From Chloroflexota bacterium (lineage in GTDB: Bacteria; Chloroflexota; Limnocylindria; Limnocylindrales; Limnocylindraceae), in contig JAYQPX010000004.1 in assembly GCA_038145565.1 (NCBI GenBank), positions 1 through 54,304 of the forward strand: a DNA stretch of 54,304 bases, given 5' to 3'. Positions within the stretch are counted from its first letter, which is position 1; every line of letters begins with the position of its first letter. The notes under the pieces were generated by a model. The model was not told the origin of the DNA. It did no database searches and saw only the letters and a list, made by a program, of their open reading frames with translations. The position numbers and the translations under genes are program-made. Of the stretch, positions 53,098 through 54,304 are shown piece by piece.

Positions 53098-53658
53098 GTG
53101 GAACTTATTCTCCCAATCGCCATCATTGGAGCCGTTTTACTGCTCGTGGTCTCGTCATATAACGGGCTCGTCAACGCACGTAACCGTGTGGATGAAGCGC
53201 TCGGTCAGATTCAGGTTCAGCTGAAGCGACGCTACGACCTCATTCCGAACCTCGTGGAGGCGGTGAAGGGACAGATGGGATTCGAGAAGGGCGTCCTTGA
53301 GAGTGTGACCGCCGCGCGTGCCGCCGCCGTGAACGCCGGAGCAACTGGCAACACCGCCGAACAGGCGAAGGCGGAGAACATGTTGAGCAGTTCGCTGCGC
53401 ACCCTGTTCGCCAACGTTGAGGCATACCCCACGCTTAAGTCGAACGAGAACGTGATTCAGTTGCAAGAGCAGCTCACCTCCACGGAGAACCAGATCGGCT
53501 TCAGCCGCCAGCACTACAACGCTTCGGTGCTCTCCTACAACAACTCCGTGCAGACCTTCCCTGGACTTCTCTTCGCCGGCGCACTCGGCTTCGCGAAGCG
53601 AGACTTCTTCGACGCGCCGGACTCCGAGGAGGCCGTCCCGAAGGTCAGCCTCTCCTGA
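53098..53658 (+). CDS. lemA: LemA family protein
   Basis: YNGLV, VQLKRRYDLIPNLVE, VEAYPTLKSN, ENQIGFSRQHYN and FP motifs. Confidence 0.95.
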   Translation: MELILPIAIIGAVLLLVVSSYNGLVNARNRVDEALGQIQVQLKRRYDLIPNLVEAVKGQMGFEKGVLESVTAARAAAVNAGATGNTAEQAKAENMLSSSLRTLFANVEAYPTLKSNENVIQLQEQLTSTENQIGFSRQHYNASVLSYNNSVQTFPGLLFAGALGFAKRDFFDAPDSEEAVPKVSLS

Positions 53659-53681
53659 GCCAGTTGGAATAGGGGAGCAGC

Positions 53682-54304
53682 ATGGCCACCTTCTACGATC
53701 TCGCAGCGGCGAATCGGCGCAAGTCGGCGCTGCTCGTCCTGCTCGTCATCGCTATCTTCGCCGCGCTTGCCACGGCTGCTGGCGTGGCTTTCACGGGCGG
53801 TATTGAAGGTGCGCTCCCATATTCGCTCTTCGCCTTCGGGCTCGGCTTCGTCTTGACGCTCGGCGCGTGGTTCGGCGGGGATCGTGCGGTGCTGGCCGCT
53901 TCGGGCGCGAAGCCGCTCGATCCGGCAGCAGGGCCTGAAGAGTTGCAGCTGGACAACATCACCGCTGAGCTCTCCATTGCCGCAAGCATCCCGAAGCCGA
54001 AGATCTACGTCATTGATGACACCGCTTTGAACGCTTTCGCCACAGGGCGCGATCCTCAGCATGCAAGCATTGCCGTCACACGTGGCCTGATGGCGAAGCT
54101 CGACCGCGAGGAGATGAGCGGCGTGATCGCGCATGAGCTCTCGCACGTGCGCAACTTCGACATTCGCTACAGCCTCCTGGTGGCGGCGCTGGTTGGCTCG
54201 CTCGCACTTCTCAGCGACATGCTGCTCCGATTTGCGATGTTCGGGGGCGGGGGTCGACGCGACAACGAGAAGGGGGGCGGCGGCATTCAGATGATGGTCG
54301 TCTT
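53682..54304 (+). CDS. htpX: M48 zinc metalloprotease HtpX (3' end runs off the window)
   Basis: Manual translation MATFYDLAAANRRKS...NAFATGRDPQHASIAVTRGL...GVIAHELSHVRNFD (HExxH); follows lemA. Confidence 0.93.
   Translation, partial: MATFYDLAAANRRKSALLVLLVIAIFAALATAAGVAFTGGIEGALPYSLFAFGLGFVLTLGAWFGGDRAVLAASGAKPLDPAAGPEELQLDNITAELSIAASIPKPKIYVIDDTALNAFATGRDPQHASIAVTRGLMAKLDREEMSGVIAHELSHVRNFDIRYSLLVAALVGSLALLSDMLLRFAMFGGGGRRDNEKGGGGIQMMVV

Noticed and set aside
1-54304. CRISPR arrays, IS elements, prophage, rRNA and toxin-antitoxin or defence genes
   Set aside because: No repeat-spacer periodicity, transposase, integrase, phage or rRNA signatures were seen; nearly all bases are accounted for by housekeeping-type ORFs.

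Overview
GC-rich, very gene-dense bacterial chromosome segment with no mobile elements, CRISPR arrays or rRNA. Gene content and compactness suggest a streamlined Chloroflexota (possibly Limnocylindria-like) genome, which is inference only. Left to right it holds a fabD-fabF-fabF arm divergent from a MarR gene, and a split branched-chain amino acid cluster: leuC-leuD-ilvD-small TM protein-M20 hydrolase leftward, and ilvB-ilvN-ilvC-leuA-leuB-cimA-pheA rightward behind a leader-peptide attenuator. Next come an aldehyde dehydrogenase, a MoaD-MoaE fusion, greA, a glutaredoxin, a HAD phosphatase, a FemX-like transferase, a PRTase, a trans-sulfuration enzyme, tRNA-Gly(CCC) and lipB. A remodelled pyrimidine locus follows (GalT-like, pyrR, pyrB, pyrC, three unknown genes, degenerate pyrK/pyrD, pyrE). 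The right end carries a CtaA-CtaB fusion, sua5, xth, a SpoIID/FG-GAP protein, an MFS pump, an LLM oxidoreductase, sodN-sodX, plsC-like and LysM genes, DUF885, a saccharopine-dehydrogenase-family gene, lemA and htpX. The strongest unexplained signals are: (1) PyrK/PyrD and GalT-like proteins whose catalytic or substrate-binding residues are systematically replaced, with three unknown genes in the usual carAB slot; (2) a complete ilv attenuator whose antiterminator loop resembles a glycine-aptamer scaffold; (3) a MerR-geometry promoter plus a tandem-repeat structured leader before the putative polyamine-synthesis gene; (4) about 20 genes with a leaderless (-10)-N6/7-start architecture. All calls come from manual reading and motif recall; no searches were run.
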